Below, one piece after another: positions 37,691 through 50,529 of a DNA stretch of 64,000 nucleotides (within the stretch, counting starts at the first letter, position 1; each line of letters opens with the position of its first letter). Origin of the DNA: Okamejei kenojei (lineage: Eukaryota); NCBI GenBank assembly GCA_035221665.1, contig CM069133.1, positions 96,596,001-96,660,000 of the forward strand, given 5' to 3'. Below the pieces are notes generated by a model. That model did no database searches. It saw only the letters and a program-made list of their open reading frames with translations, and was not told where the DNA came from. Made by a program: the position numbers and the translations under genes.

Positions 37691-38814
37691 CTATAATACC
37701 AATAAACTACCAACAATGCAATACCAACAATCTTCTTCCCTAACAATTATTTAAACAACACTGATCAAAAATGACCTAGGCTCAATACACAGTGCACCCA
37801 ACATTTGTTGCCAGTTCAGTTCAATGGGAGTACTCTTTCAATAAAATCAAAATATGCTGAAAATACTGTCAGCCAGGAAATGTGGGGATCCAAGTTTCAG
37901 GTCAATGATTAGAACAGGCAATTGATCAGAAATTTTATAGTCTAGAAAGTGGTCAGTTCCTGTAAATTATTAGCCAGTCAGTTCATGGTGAGCTGACATT
38001 CTATTTGAAAATCTATCCTGGGAAATATTATAGCACACAAGAACCAAGGTGCCATTGTGGAAGCTTCACTATGACAAGTGTTAAGATAGTTGTATATTAC
38101 AAAGACATTTGAGCATCCTTTGACGTACAACACAAGGTTCATGATAGTCACCGTTTGACCTTTATCTAGCTATAACCTGGAGCACAAGGTTCTTGATAGT
38201 CATATCTATATAACTAAAAATATTTGCCTTGTTTGTGCCCACGATGTGCCTGTGTCAATCTGGTTAATTCCTCCCTTCTTCCAACTGCTAGGCCACAACC
38301 TTCCCATTTTCACACATCCTACTCACATTTTCCCCTTGGTGATGATAAAAATCTTCCTGTCACATTTACACCTACATTTCCAAAGATATTAATCATTAAA
38401 TGTTTTAAAACAGCCCGATTTCTTCAAACTCACCCATTTTGAAAAGAAATCTGAGTGACGTCACAATGCACTCGCAAGGCAGGATGGACCACTCCGGGAG
38501 GGAGGGGTACTCCAGCGATCCAAACACCCCTCCCCCTCCCCCCCCCCCCCCCCCAATGATAAGAAATTAGAGTGCGTGCACGATTTCAAGTCAAAATCTG
38601 TATAAAAGTTGACAATCCCAATTGGAATTTCGAGTAGTGTGGTAATTGAGAATGTGATGCTCTCCTTGTGCACAAGTAAATAAAGTGTGTCTGGAAAACG
38701 AGTGCAGGTTATCAAAGTCCACTTACTCAGCGTTGACACCATAAGTTAATGCATATTCAAGTTATTCCTTTGTATGCTTCATCATAGCAGAACATCATTC
38801 CTTCACATTAGTAG

Positions 38815-39060
38815 AAACAAAAAACTGCAGATGCTGGTTTATGCCAAAGATAGCCAAAAAGTGCTAGAGTAACTCAGTGGATCGGGCAGCATCTTTGGAG
38901 AAAAATGATGAATGACATTTTGGGTTGGGACCCTTTTTCAGACCAATTAGAAATGTTCTTCAGTCTGAAGAAGGGTCCACCCTGAAATGTCACCTATCCC
39001 TTTTCTCCAGAGATGCTGCCTAACCTATTGGGTTACTCCAGCACTTTATTTCTATCTTCC
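38815..39060. mobile_element. Inverted pair of Penelope terminal repeats
   Basis: 38815-38943 is the reverse-complement homolog of 38962-39058. Confidence 0.75.
38965..38991 (+). ncRNA. Minimal type-I hammerhead ribozyme core
   Basis: CTGAAGA-AGGGT(CC)ACCCT-GAAA-T-GTC. Confidence 0.5.
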
Positions 39061-39174
39061 TTCACATTACATTGACTATTAACACAGATACAAACAATTG
39101 ATGTGTTAAACTTGATGGAGAACAGAATCCTATTTTAAGTAACACCTCCCTACTCACTCTGTCTTTCCTGTGAT

Positions 39175-39590
39175 ACCCCCACACCCATTGGGGGTGTACA
39201 TCCATTTTTCCCACCATCAACCAGTCACATTTCCCCTCCTTCGTATACTCATCTCCCATCACCGAGTCCCTCTCTTCCATTTATATCCCTTCCGCTCATT
39301 ATCTGACACACTGCTGTCTCCTGTGTCACTTACTCCACCCATCTGCCAATCCAAGACCCCTCACCTGTATCCACCTATCACTTGCCAGGCTTTGTCCCAC
39401 CCCCACCTCTCTTTTCAGGCTACAAACCACACCACTCCCCCCGCCCACTATGATCAGACTGAAAAAGGATCCCGATCTGAAATGTTGCTTGTCCTCTACT
39501 TCCAAAGATGCTGCCTGAACCGCTGAGTTCCTCCAGCACTTTGTGTTTTTGATTGAGTTTCCAGCATTTGCATTTCTTTGTATCTCTAGA
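39175..39590 (+). mobile_element. Penelope-like 3' fragment with terminal repeat
   Basis: Pyrimidine-rich 3' region, a degenerate hammerhead, and GATGCTGCCTGAACCGCTGAGTTCCTCCAGCA. Confidence 0.6.
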
Positions 39591-42539
39591 AGCAGAATTC
39601 TTCTTGATACAAAAAACGTTCACGCTTAGGCCTATATTTCACAGTGATACTTTAAATACACACATCATACACATTCATGTCTTGGTTCATGTATCCTTAA
39701 TGCGTAAGACCCTGTTGGTCCCTCATGCCGTGAATGCTCCAGTTCAGACTTTAATAAATCTCACCACCAGGTAATTTGAATATTTGTCTCAGTACTGTCA
39801 CTAATTGAATGTGTAAAGGCCAGTTTGAAAAATGCAACTATCTTTTTTTTAAGTGCAGCATTTCACTTAAGCTGGGGTGTTTTATATACATTCCTGTAAC
39901 CATTGTAGAACAGTTTTCATACTTGCCCAGAATTAAACATGAAAGCTACAACATATTATAATGGAAACTATAAAGAACTACAATGTCAGCACAAGATCTT
40001 CTTCTTCATGCGTATGGTTTCTTCTTGCATATGGCGGACCACGTGAAGGTTGCAATCTCCCACCCCAGCACAAGATTAATTTGACTTTCTGCAAGCAATC
40101 TGAGTTTCTATTTGTAAGAAAGAGTGTAATTGTACTCGTACCAATTTCTGAAAACCACGCTGAGAATGAAGATATTAATTTCCAGCAGTAAAATTCACAA
40201 TAGATCCACCACGAAAATTCATTTTCAGTCCATTCAGTAGCAGAAAAATGGAAAGAAAAGAGTGAAGCTACTGACAGCTTCAAAACTAGAAAGCAATTCC
40301 AGATCGAGTGCTTTCTATCCAAAAGCTTCTGAGATCCGATGCAGGAGATTGAGACTTGATAGATTATTATTGTTTTCTCGACACAAGGTAATGTTAAACT
40401 TTGTTGGTTGTCAAGAATTTTTCAAAGACAAGCACAGTCTCTTTGATGAACATGTTTCTCTTTGCGACCAAAATAACACATAATGATAATGTCCTGAATA
40501 CAATATGTGAGCATCAATTGTTTCTGCCCTTGTGCAGCAATAATTGGATTTTAATATGCTTGAGTACAAAAAGGATCCAAATTGTTTTTCTTTAATATGA
40601 TATTCAGCTTGCGGCAATGCAGTTCAAAAAACAACCAGATGGTTTAAACTGGATCAATGGGGAGTGAGGATTTCAACAATCTTCCGTGGATACATTGATG
40701 AGCAAAAAAAGAGAATGTCTATTGCTCATACATTAGCTTTAAAATAAGTATAGAGATGAGGAATTTTACAGTGTAACACTCAATCCGCCAACATTGCAGG
40801 ATTGCAGGTACATCACCATGGACTAGGTAGTACGCAGAAATACTAGGCGATCGGCCAAAATAAATGCTGGTCTCCTCAGAATATGTTAATAAAAGTTCAA
40901 CACCTGAATCATGACACTTTGTTTAAAGCTGCCTCAAAGAATGACTATTTGGTTACTGGTTTAACATTTAAAAAGAATCCTTTCCAGCTTCATTTGTTCG
41001 CTCAGTAAATGATTCCAAATGAAATGGGAGATTAACAGCAAGAAGGGTAGTGCATAGCTGGAGTAGCTGCTGAGGAAAGGCAAAGAAAGGGAGCGCCCAT
41101 ATGGTATTATAGCACTTGAGCCTTGGAAACACATACTTGAATTTGAGCCAGACAGAGAAGCAGTGAGTAAGGCAGTTCTGCTTGAGTGAGACAGAAGTTT
41201 GTGCATTCTGTCATGTGCTGCAGCAAGAACTGGAGGTTAAACCAGAATATATTCTCTCCCACTCTCAATCTTTCTGCAGCTCGATGGTTCCAGGCCGCTT
41301 CCAGTCAGTTTGCTTTGTGCACCTTAAATCAGATTACATTGCACAGAAGCAATCATTTAATATCTTCCATGAGGAGGCTAACAAGTAGCAAGAAAATACG
41401 TTGAAATGTTCTGGAATTGTTGGATCTTCTTATACATTGAATAATAGGCGATCCTCGCTTAATACCCCCAACTTTTTGCAAGATCGAGGATCCTCCAATA
41501 TTAAGAGATATTTGGACAGGTACATGGATAGAATAGGTTTAGAAGGATATGGGCCAAAAGCAGGCAGGTTGGACTAGTCTAGATGGCGCAGGTTGGTCAG
41601 CATACACAAGTTGGGATGAAGGGCCTCTTTCCATGCTGTATGACTCTATGTCCCATTAGCCGAATGAATAGTTTTTCTGTGCCCAACAGAACCACATAAG
41701 CCGATGACATTAACCCTAATGCTTTCAAACAGGACTATCTTCACTGTCCCTTCCATTCCATCCATACCATCCAATCAGATGCTGATTGCTCAGAGACAAG
41801 GATTCATATTGTCCAACATGGCATTTCAGAGCTTATGGTTTGGAAACACTGAAGCCCATTTTCTCATGGGAAGACAGTTTCAGATAAATTCAGAATAACT
41901 ACAATGCTATTTTTAAAAACAGATTCCCTGTCAAGATGTTGGATAACATACAGATAAGTTTGAGTATCTGACAAGTAAGAAAGTTCTGCACCACAAGGCC
42001 ACAGGTGAAAATGTGAGGTTTTCTGAGATGGCAGCACAGATAATGAAGGTAGGTAATCCCACAACACTTTAAAAGCATTTGGAGGAGGACTTGAATTGCC
42101 AAGATCTAGTAGGCTACGGACCAAGTGCTAGAAAATGGGATTAGTAGGGATAGGTTTTGATAGTCAGCATGAACATGGTGGGCCCAAGGGCCTGTTTTGG
42201 TGCTCTTTGGCTTCTTGAAAAGAGGAGCAGACTGTTGCTCCCTGCCCACCCTGCTCCAACCAAAATCATCCACATGTCATGGTGACTTAGGATCCCAGAT
42301 GTCTTTCTATCAGCCTACATTGAGGACTAGATAGCACGCAGCAAAAGCTTTTCCATGTACCTCAGTACACTAAACTGTAAACTAAACTAAACTGTAAACT
42401 GTAAATGTGTCACCACTCATTTCATATCTACACATTTTGAAACCTCTTACTCCACCCATCTTACGTCTTAAAATAATGTGCATCGTGTACCATTCCATCT
42501 ACCCCTTGCTGAAAGTCACTGTGAGAAACTCGAGAAGAG

Positions 42540-43110
42540 TCATAGTCATACAGCGTGGGAAACAGGCCCTTCAGCCCAACGTGTCCACACCACTAACATG
42601 CCCTATCTACTCCACTAGTCCTATCTGCCTGTGTTTAGCTCATCGCCCTTTAAACCTATCCTATCCATATACCTGTTTTTAAACATTGTGATAGTACCTG
42701 CCTCAACTACCTCATCTGTCAGATCATTCCTTTACCCCCCACCCTTCGTGTAAAAATGGTTGCCATTCAGGTTCCTATAAAATCTTTTCCCCCTCACCTT
42801 AAACCTATGTTCTCTGCTTCTTGGTTCCCAAACTGTGGGTAAATTACTTTGTACATTTACTCTATCTGTTCCCCTCGTGATTTTATACACTTCTACAAAA
42901 TCACTGCTCATCCTCCTGCATTCCAAGGAATAAAGTTCTAGCCTGCTCTACGTCTCCCTTTTGCTCAGACCATTGAGTCCTGACAACTTCCTCTAATTGT
43001 TCTCTGCACCATTTCCAGCATCCTTCCTACAACAGGGTGACAAAAACTGAACACAATACTCTAAATGTGGCCTCAACAATAACTTGTAGAACTGTAACTA
43101 AACATACCAA
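42540..43110 (-). mobile_element. CR1 3' fragment
   Basis: Encodes ECRRMSSDFVEVYKI...REHRFKVRGKRF. Confidence 0.78.
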
Positions 43111-43609
43111 CATTCAAGTGAGCTCTGTTTCATTAAAAAACAGTGAAAAATGCTAGTCTCAAGAGAGCAATCCGAGGCCACCTATAATAAGACGTCCACT
43201 TTAGCGGCAGATCTGGAGTAATCTGTAATTGAGCTGAAAGGGGTTATCACCACATGTAGTTGGTTGCTGTAAGAAGGAATTACAGATGCTGGTTTAAAGT
43301 GAAGATAGACACAACATGCTGGAGTAACTCAATGGGCCAGGTAACATCTCTGGAGATAAAGAATGTGACGTTTTGAGTCGAGATCCTTCATCAGACTGAG
43401 AGTCAGGAAGGGGAGTTGCAGAACTCACATCGGAGAGAGGAGAACTTCTTCTCCTCTCTCTGATGTGAGATCTGCAACCCCCCTCCTTCTTCACAGTCAA
43501 CATACCTTGAGGAGATTTTGCTGAAGAATTCCCCTATTCTCAATGCGCAAATCTCTCCCCTCTATCAAGTCTGGTAGCATTCTGTGAAAAAAAAAATTCT
43601 CATCAAATT

Positions 43610-43995
43610 AGGCAGTACAGTGTCACAGTGATAGAGCTACTGCCTCATTGAACCAGAGACCCAGGTTCGATCCTGACTACATGTGCAGTCTCTGTGGAGA
43701 TTTTGTTCCGCATGACCGCGTGAATTTTCTTTGAGTACTCAGGTTTCCTCCCACATTCCAAAGACGTGCAGGTTCATAGATTGTGTCAGAAGGAACAGTC
43801 TGAAGAAGGGTCTCGACTTGAAATGTCACCCGTTCCATCTATCCAGAGATGCTGCCTGTCCCGCTGAGTTACTCTAGCATTCTGTGTCTGCCTATCTTCA
43901 GGTTTGTAGGTTAATTGGCTTCTGCAAATTGTCCCTAGTGTGTAGGAGTAATAGTGTGTAGGGGTTATCGATGGCCAGCGTGGACTTGGTGGGCC
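43610..43995 (+). mobile_element. V-SINE interrupted by a solo Penelope terminal repeat (~43780-43897)
   Basis: B-box GGTTCGATCC and V-domain. The insert carries CTGAAGAAGGGTCTCGACTTGAAATGTC (43800-43827). Confidence 0.72.
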
Positions 43996-46484
43996 GATGT
44001 ATAATATTTGAAGATATGAGGGTTCTTACATCCCCTTAGTTACATTTCCTGTTGCTCAGATTGTAAACAAGATGCCTTCTCCTCCAGAGGCTGGTGGTCC
44101 TCCTGTATTGTTAAGATACATTGAGACATTGAGACAATGATACATAAGATACAACCTCCTGTAAAGATACATTGTGTTCCTTTACATCAAATTATTTATT
44201 TTTATCTCTATTTTAGAGTCTCCACCATGAATAATGTGTTTACCAAATGCAAGGATTGATGTAATTTAACTTAGACATTTACAGACTATTATTTTTCAAG
44301 GATGTTATCTAGTAAAACAATTACTTACGATGGTGCATGAATGTAACGTAATAATTTATTCAGAAGGCATTTAAGGGCAGTTGAAAAAAAAAGGCATTTA
44401 CTTTTAAGGCAGAGAACTGGAGATTTATGAATAATTTTCTGGGCCTTATGACTTTTAAATTATCAGTATGTCATTATTTCCTTAAACAAGATCGTGCAAG
44501 GTATTTGCAATCAAACATAATTATTTGAAATAATGTCAAATAATTCATAATGCTGAGAATCTAAAGATGTTTATTCATGAACTTATTCCTCTTTTACTCT
44601 AGGAAATCAAAATGAAAGTCAAAAACACATGGTGAAGGAAATCCCCAGGCTGCAAGTAGTAGAAAAGAAAGTGTACATGAAAGAGTGGGTTAATAGGACC
44701 AACATTATATTTTCAAAGCACGAACTGTTGTAGGAGGAAGGACTCGGCTGTTTCGGTATCTTGGGAAAGAATGCATTAGAGTAAGAAGCAGAGCAATTAC
44801 TATGATTTCTAACACGGTGAAAGGGATGCAGAGGGATGGAAGGATATCGGAAGAACAAGAAAGAGCTCAGAAATTTTAGATGAGTTGTGGTTAGAGCAAT
44901 ATCGATAACAATAGAGATACAGGAAAAGTTGCAATAGAGAAAACGAATGAAAGTGAGAGAAGGATCATTTACCAGATGTCAAGTCATTTTTTAAAATTCC
45001 CAGCATAGAAGTGCAAGCACATGCTGTACCACTAATACTGCAATTAGTTGCATTTCAGATAATAGTCTCCTCCCCAATAGACTTCCAGTCATGGCCCTCA
45101 GCCTAAAAAAATACCACATAAAAATGGTAATTAAATTATTTATAGCTGTTTTGGACTCTTTTCCATGATTTTCATAACTACCCAATTATGAAACCGTTTT
45201 TGCAATAGCTGTAAAATGTATATTTGACAGGTCTTTTTTTTTAATTAATTATCAATGATCAAGCCGACTACAGTAACTACAAGAGGTAAATTGTCATATC
45301 AGGATCAAAAGGCCAGGAAACATTTTTCAGAATAAGGTCAAAGCATAAACGGTCATCTCTAATGACAAGAATGAATAATTATGATGATCAAGTGATTGCA
45401 AATGCCTTTCAGAATATGGTCTCTGCAGTGTAATTGTCCAGTGCGGCAATGTTTTCCTGTGATGGCTTTGTCTCTGCAGGAACCCATTCCAACGTTGTTT
45501 AGTGGCCTTCAACTGCCCTCTGTTGGCATCAGTGCTCAATGACTTTCTCCAAAGACTCAGAAAATAACTGATGGATCTCATAGACAACAAACATCATCAC
45601 TGTTTATTGTATATTGTAATGCTTTGCACCAAAAGTGGAAATACTACGTTAGTATTAGTAAAGCAATTACATCACATGAAATTAAATCATTTAAGAGCTG
45701 TGAACTTGTGAGATTTCTACCTGTTATGTCGTGCTCACAATGAAATATCTAATGAAACATGGCATATTAAAACTACTGTTTAAGGAAGAACTGCAGATGC
45801 TGGAAAAATCGACGGTAGATGAAAATGCTGGAGAAACTCAGCGGGTGAGACAGCGTCTCTGAAGAATGGCCTCGACCCGAAACGTCACTTATTCCTTCGC
45901 TCCATAAATGCTGCCTCACCCGCTGAGTTTCTCCAGTGTTTTTGTCTACATTAAAACACCTTTATGTTCTTATAGATTCTGCAGTCACGGGAAAATAAGC
46001 TTTTATGAATTTAGAAAATATAATATGTAAAATGTCAAAAATATTTTAGTGAGAGAATTTTACAGCACGTTTTCTTGGAGTGCAAACAGGAAAAAACTGG
46101 AGATGCAACTGCATTTTTCAATTGTGACTTCTTTCCCAGATAAAAGATAAATCTGTGTGAAAGGGAAAAAAATGAACTGGACTATTACATTATACGTGCT
46201 TTCAAGAAGACAATAGACATGAAGCAAAATGGAAGATAGACACAAAATGCTGGAGTAATTCAGCAGGACAGGCAGCATATCTGGAGAGAAGGAATGGGTG
46301 AAGTCTTGGGTCGTTACCCTTCTTCAGACTAGAGTCAGGGAAAGGGAAACAAAGGTCTGTTAATAATAAACAAACAAGAATTACAAAATGAAATAATGAG
46401 CAGACTTAGAAGGATGAACCAAGACTACTAATGTTATGAGGGATAAGAAATAGAGCAACTTTAATCAAAGTTAAGCACAGATAT

Positions 46485-47128
46485 AAATAAAATGCTGGTG
46501 TAACTCAGTGGGACAGGCAGCATTTCTGAATAGAAAGAATGGGTGACGTTTCGGATCAAGACCCTTCGTCAGACTGAGTCAGGTGAGAGGGAGGTACAGA
46601 GATAAGGAAGTGCATGGTGTGAAAATGAGACAAAGGGGATGGAGATCAAGGAAAATGTAGAATAGATCATTGATAGCTAGGTGAATGTAACAACAAAGCA
46701 AACAGAGATAATATGTAAATTAGGACAATCAGTCTAGTCGGAGAACTGGTAATGCGGACGGGAAGGAGAGAGAGGGAAGGAAAAGGTTACTTGAAGTTAG
46801 AGGTCAATATTCATACCGCTGGGTTGTAAGCTGCCCAAGCAAAATAAGAGGTGTTATAAACAATAGACAATAGACAATAGGTGCAGGAGTAGGCCATTCA
46901 GCCCTTCGAGCCAGCACTGCCATTCAGTGTGATCATGGCTAATCATCCTCATATCCCTTGACACCATTGTCTTTAAGAGCTCTATCTCTTAATTCCTCCA
47001 ACTTGTGCTGGGCCTCACTCTGACAATGGAGGAGGCCCAGGACAGAATGGTCAGTGTGGGAATGAGTTGGGGAGTTAAAGTTTTTAGCAACAGGGAGATC
47101 AGGTAGGTTTAGGCAGACTGAGCGGACA
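46485..47128 (-). mobile_element. Penelope-like 3' fragment containing a CR1 tail insertion (~46857-46990)
   Basis: Encodes PDLPVAKNFNSPTHSHTDHSVLGLLHCQSEAQHKLEE, followed by the terminal repeat. Confidence 0.82.
46545..46572 (-). ncRNA. Minimal type-I hammerhead ribozyme core, intact
   Basis: Minus strand reads CTGACGA-A-GGGT(CTTG)ATCC-GAAA-C-GTC, with a palindromic ACGT stem III. Confidence 0.65.
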
Positions 47129-47635
47129 AAGCTAAGGTGGGCATACAATCCAATAGATCCAGTGGGTTGACATTTGGATAATGAGTTCATACCTAGCACC
47201 ATTACATTGAAAACGATGACTACAATTTCTGCACAACACACAAACAGAAAGGTCACAAAGAGATAATTGTTAAAACAATAGATTTTAAAAGGTCATCACC
47301 AGCCTTCACACCTTGATCTGCAATCTGAATCTACTCCTAAAGCACCTAAGATACAGATGGTTTGGGGTATTATTTTACTCACTATACAACAATGACCTTT
47401 TAAAAATATTTCAGAGTGCATCTAAATAGCTTTAGGGACTCTGAATTTGACCAAGGGGATATAATTTTCATGAGGGAGAAATCCTTGGAAATCTACTTTC
47501 AGCCTTGTGGAACAAATCAGTCAGTTTTATTGCGTGTGATGCTTCCACAGGCATTAAACAGGAACATTGTTATGCCAGCAACATTTTATTTAACTGGTTG
47601 AAATTGGTGGTAAACCAGTAGTATCCATTGATTTC

Positions 47636-48152
47636 TGCAGGTAGATGGGACTAGGGGAAAACAAATGGTCGGCACGGACTGGAAGGGCCGAGAGGGCCTG
47701 TTTCCGTGCTGTAATTGTTATATGGTTATATGGTTAAGTTAGGTCTTTATTCTTTGGAGCGCAGAAGGTTAAGGGGAGACTTGATTGAGGTCTTTAAAAT
47801 GAAGAAAGGGATAGACAGAGTTAATGTGGATACGTTTTTCCCATTGAGGGTAGGGAAGATTCAAACAAGAGGACATGACATGAGAATTAAGGGACAGAAG
47901 TTTCGGGATAACGTGAGGGGGAACTTCTTTACTCAGAGGGTGGTGGCTGTGTGGAATGAGCTTCCAGCAGAAGTGGTGGAGGCAGGATCGATTTTAACAT
48001 TTAAGAGTAAAGTGGATAGGTATATGGACGTGAAGGGAATGGAGGGGTATAATCTGAGTGCAGGTAGATGGGACTAGGGGAAAACAAATGGTCGGCACGG
48101 ACTGGAAGGGCCGAGAGGGCCTGTAATTGTTATATGGTTATATGGTTATATG
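47636..48152 (+). mobile_element. Two head-to-tail CR1 3' ends
   Basis: Encodes LGLYSLERRRLRGDLIEVFK...FFTQRVVAVWNELP. An identical ~65-bp block and a (TTATATGG)n tail each occur twice. Confidence 0.88.
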
Positions 48153-48277
48153 ATTTCCTTTGGGTGATAATGGGTTAAGGAATACACTACTTCTGTGTAC
48201 TTACACTTAGCAATATTTCCGAACAACAGAGAAGAAGGCCATCAGGCTTACTGTGTCTCAACCAATCCCTTTCAAAC

Positions 48278-48582
48278 GGTGGCACAGTGGTAGAGTTGCT
48301 GCCTGACAGCGCTTGCAGCACCAGAGACCCGGGTTCAATCCCGACTACGGGTGCTGTCTGTACAGAGTTTGTACGTTCTCCCCGTAACCTGCGTGGGTTT
48401 TCTCAGAGATCTTCAGTTTCCTCCCACACTCCAAAGACATACAGGTTTGAATTGGCTTGGTAAATGTAAAAATTGTCCCTAGTGGGTGTATGATAGTGCG
48501 GGGATCGCTGGTCGGCGTGGATCCGGTGGGCCAAGGGGCCTGTTTCTGCGGTGTATCTCTAAAGTAAACTGAACTAAACTAA
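48278..48582 (+). mobile_element. V-SINE (HE1-like)
   Basis: A-box TGGCACAGTGGTAGAG, B-box GGTTCAATCC, V-domain, (AAACT)n tail. Confidence 0.8.
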
Positions 48583-48601
48583 AGTCTGAAGAAACTTGAG
48601 T

Positions 48602-48629
48602 CTGAAGAAGGGTTTCGGCCCGAAACGTT
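48602..48629 (+). ncRNA. Minimal type-I hammerhead ribozyme core, intact
   Basis: CTGAAGA-A-GGGT(TTCG)GCCC-GAAA-C-GTT. Confidence 0.65.
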
Positions 48630-50515
48630 GCCTATCTCCTTCACTCCTTAGATGCTGTTGCACCCGCTGAGTTTCTCCAGCCTTTCTCCAGTGTACCCTG
48701 AACTAAACCTGTTTCCCAGTAACCAATTCTACTACACATACCCTAATTCTCCCACCAGACATTACACTAGGGTTAACATAAAGTTTAATTAACCTAAAAC
48801 AAGCAGGCCTTTTGGGATGTAGGAGGAAATCAGAATACCCAGGTGAAACCCACACAAGTATCACAAGTTCACACAATCAGAGGGACAGCATGTGGTGTCC
48901 ACACAGCTGGTACCCAAGGTCAGGGCTGAGTCAGTTGCAATCTCTGCTGGACCATTCTGGGGTCAATGGACAAATAAACGGTCTGGAATACAAATCTCCA
49001 AACTACGAGTTTAAGCTCTACCGTTGTTGCGAGAGCAAATTGAATTTTAATTAAAAAAACAGACAAAAAACAGATGACCAGTATAGCAGCCCGACTGTCA
49101 TAAATCCGAGCTGATCTATTAAATGAAAAATTAAACTAACTGCAGATGCTGGAAATCAGAGGTAAAACAGGAATTACAGGAACTGTTCAGTAGGTCAGAC
49201 AGAGCATTATTGTGGTTGCTCTGTATACTTTTGCATTATCATGGTCTGAGAATAGCAGGTAATTTATAGTACATTTATTATTGTTGTTTGTAAAGCTGCA
49301 GCAGGTAAGAATTTTGTTGTTCCTGTTCATGTCTGATGCATGTCTGATGGCAAATAAAAAAACTTTTGACTCTTGAAATAGAAACAAAGTTAATGCTTCA
49401 TGTTAAGGATCTGTAGGTCTGACTTTTCATCGTTACTTTTTTGCATATCTTTCATTCACCTGCTCTATATCTCTCTACATCTCCGTCTATGTTTCTCGTG
49501 ACCCTTTCCCCTGACTCTCAGTCTGAAAAAAACATCATCTATTCTTTTTCTCCAGAGATGCTGTCTAACCCGCTGAGTTACTCCAGCTTTTTGTGCCTAT
49601 CTGAAGATCTGACATGTTGGGTGTTTTGGGCAGTTTCTGGTTTATTGATATTCTCATGAAGAAAGCATTGCCTGTATGCATGCGTCTCCAGAATTATATC
49701 AATGGGGATGTCTCTTAAACAACCTCACACGTTATTCAATTTTATGCAGGTCTTTCAGGTTGGCAGCACTTCATCACCCTTCACCAGGCACCTTAGCAAA
49801 GGCAAATAAATACTGGCAAGAACATGCAGCTCCTACTCCCTTCTCAGACAACCATGACACCTCTGATAATGCATCCTCTCAAATCTATTATCACCCACAC
49901 TTCTAAAAAGGTTTTGACTAATTTGCCCTTGCAAACAACCACTCCATCCCTAAATTCCTTTTCCTATTCAAAATCCTTGATTATATTGACTTTTCTTAAC
50001 TTCTCCAATTAAATTTCTACTTGTGCCCGGAAACAGTTGCAATGAAATGGTTGCAATGAAACAGTTGAAAAGCAACAAAATGGTTTGAATCACAATCACA
50101 AATGGCATCCTCTGAGACTGTGCCTTTCACATGAGAGATTATGCCTTTAACATGCACCTTTAACATGCCCTTAACATGCCTACATCATCAACCTCCAATA
50201 CCTCTCTTTAGATGGGCTATCTGTTCATAATTCATAACACCCATTCATAACCAGGAACCCTTTTCTTCTCTTCCTGCTCTCCCACCATTATCTCTGGATC
50301 CATATAAATATGTTTCCATGCTCTGATCCATCTCCTGCCTGTTTCTAGACACAAAATGCTGGAGTAACTCAGCGGGACAGGCAGCATATCTGGAGAGAAG
50401 AAATTAGTGAAGTTTCAGGTCGAGACCCTTCTGTAGATCAAACAGTATTGCTGAGTTGATCCGTGTGTGGTTTTGCTGCTGATGACCTGATCCATAATCC
50501 CTCAGGTTTTCCACA

Positions 50516-50529
50516 CCGCCACCTGGTGG
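50516..50529 (-). promoter_or_regulatory. CTCF core motif match
   Basis: Minus strand CCACCAGGTGGCGG matches CCASYAGRKGGCRS at 14/14. Confidence 0.45.

Noticed and set aside
39961-40620. Overlapping short ORFs in unique sequence
   Set aside because: No motifs or splice signals; consistent with random ORFs.
48278-48350. tRNA genes at SINE heads
   Set aside because: A and B boxes are present but there is no cloverleaf, and they continue into the V-SINE body.
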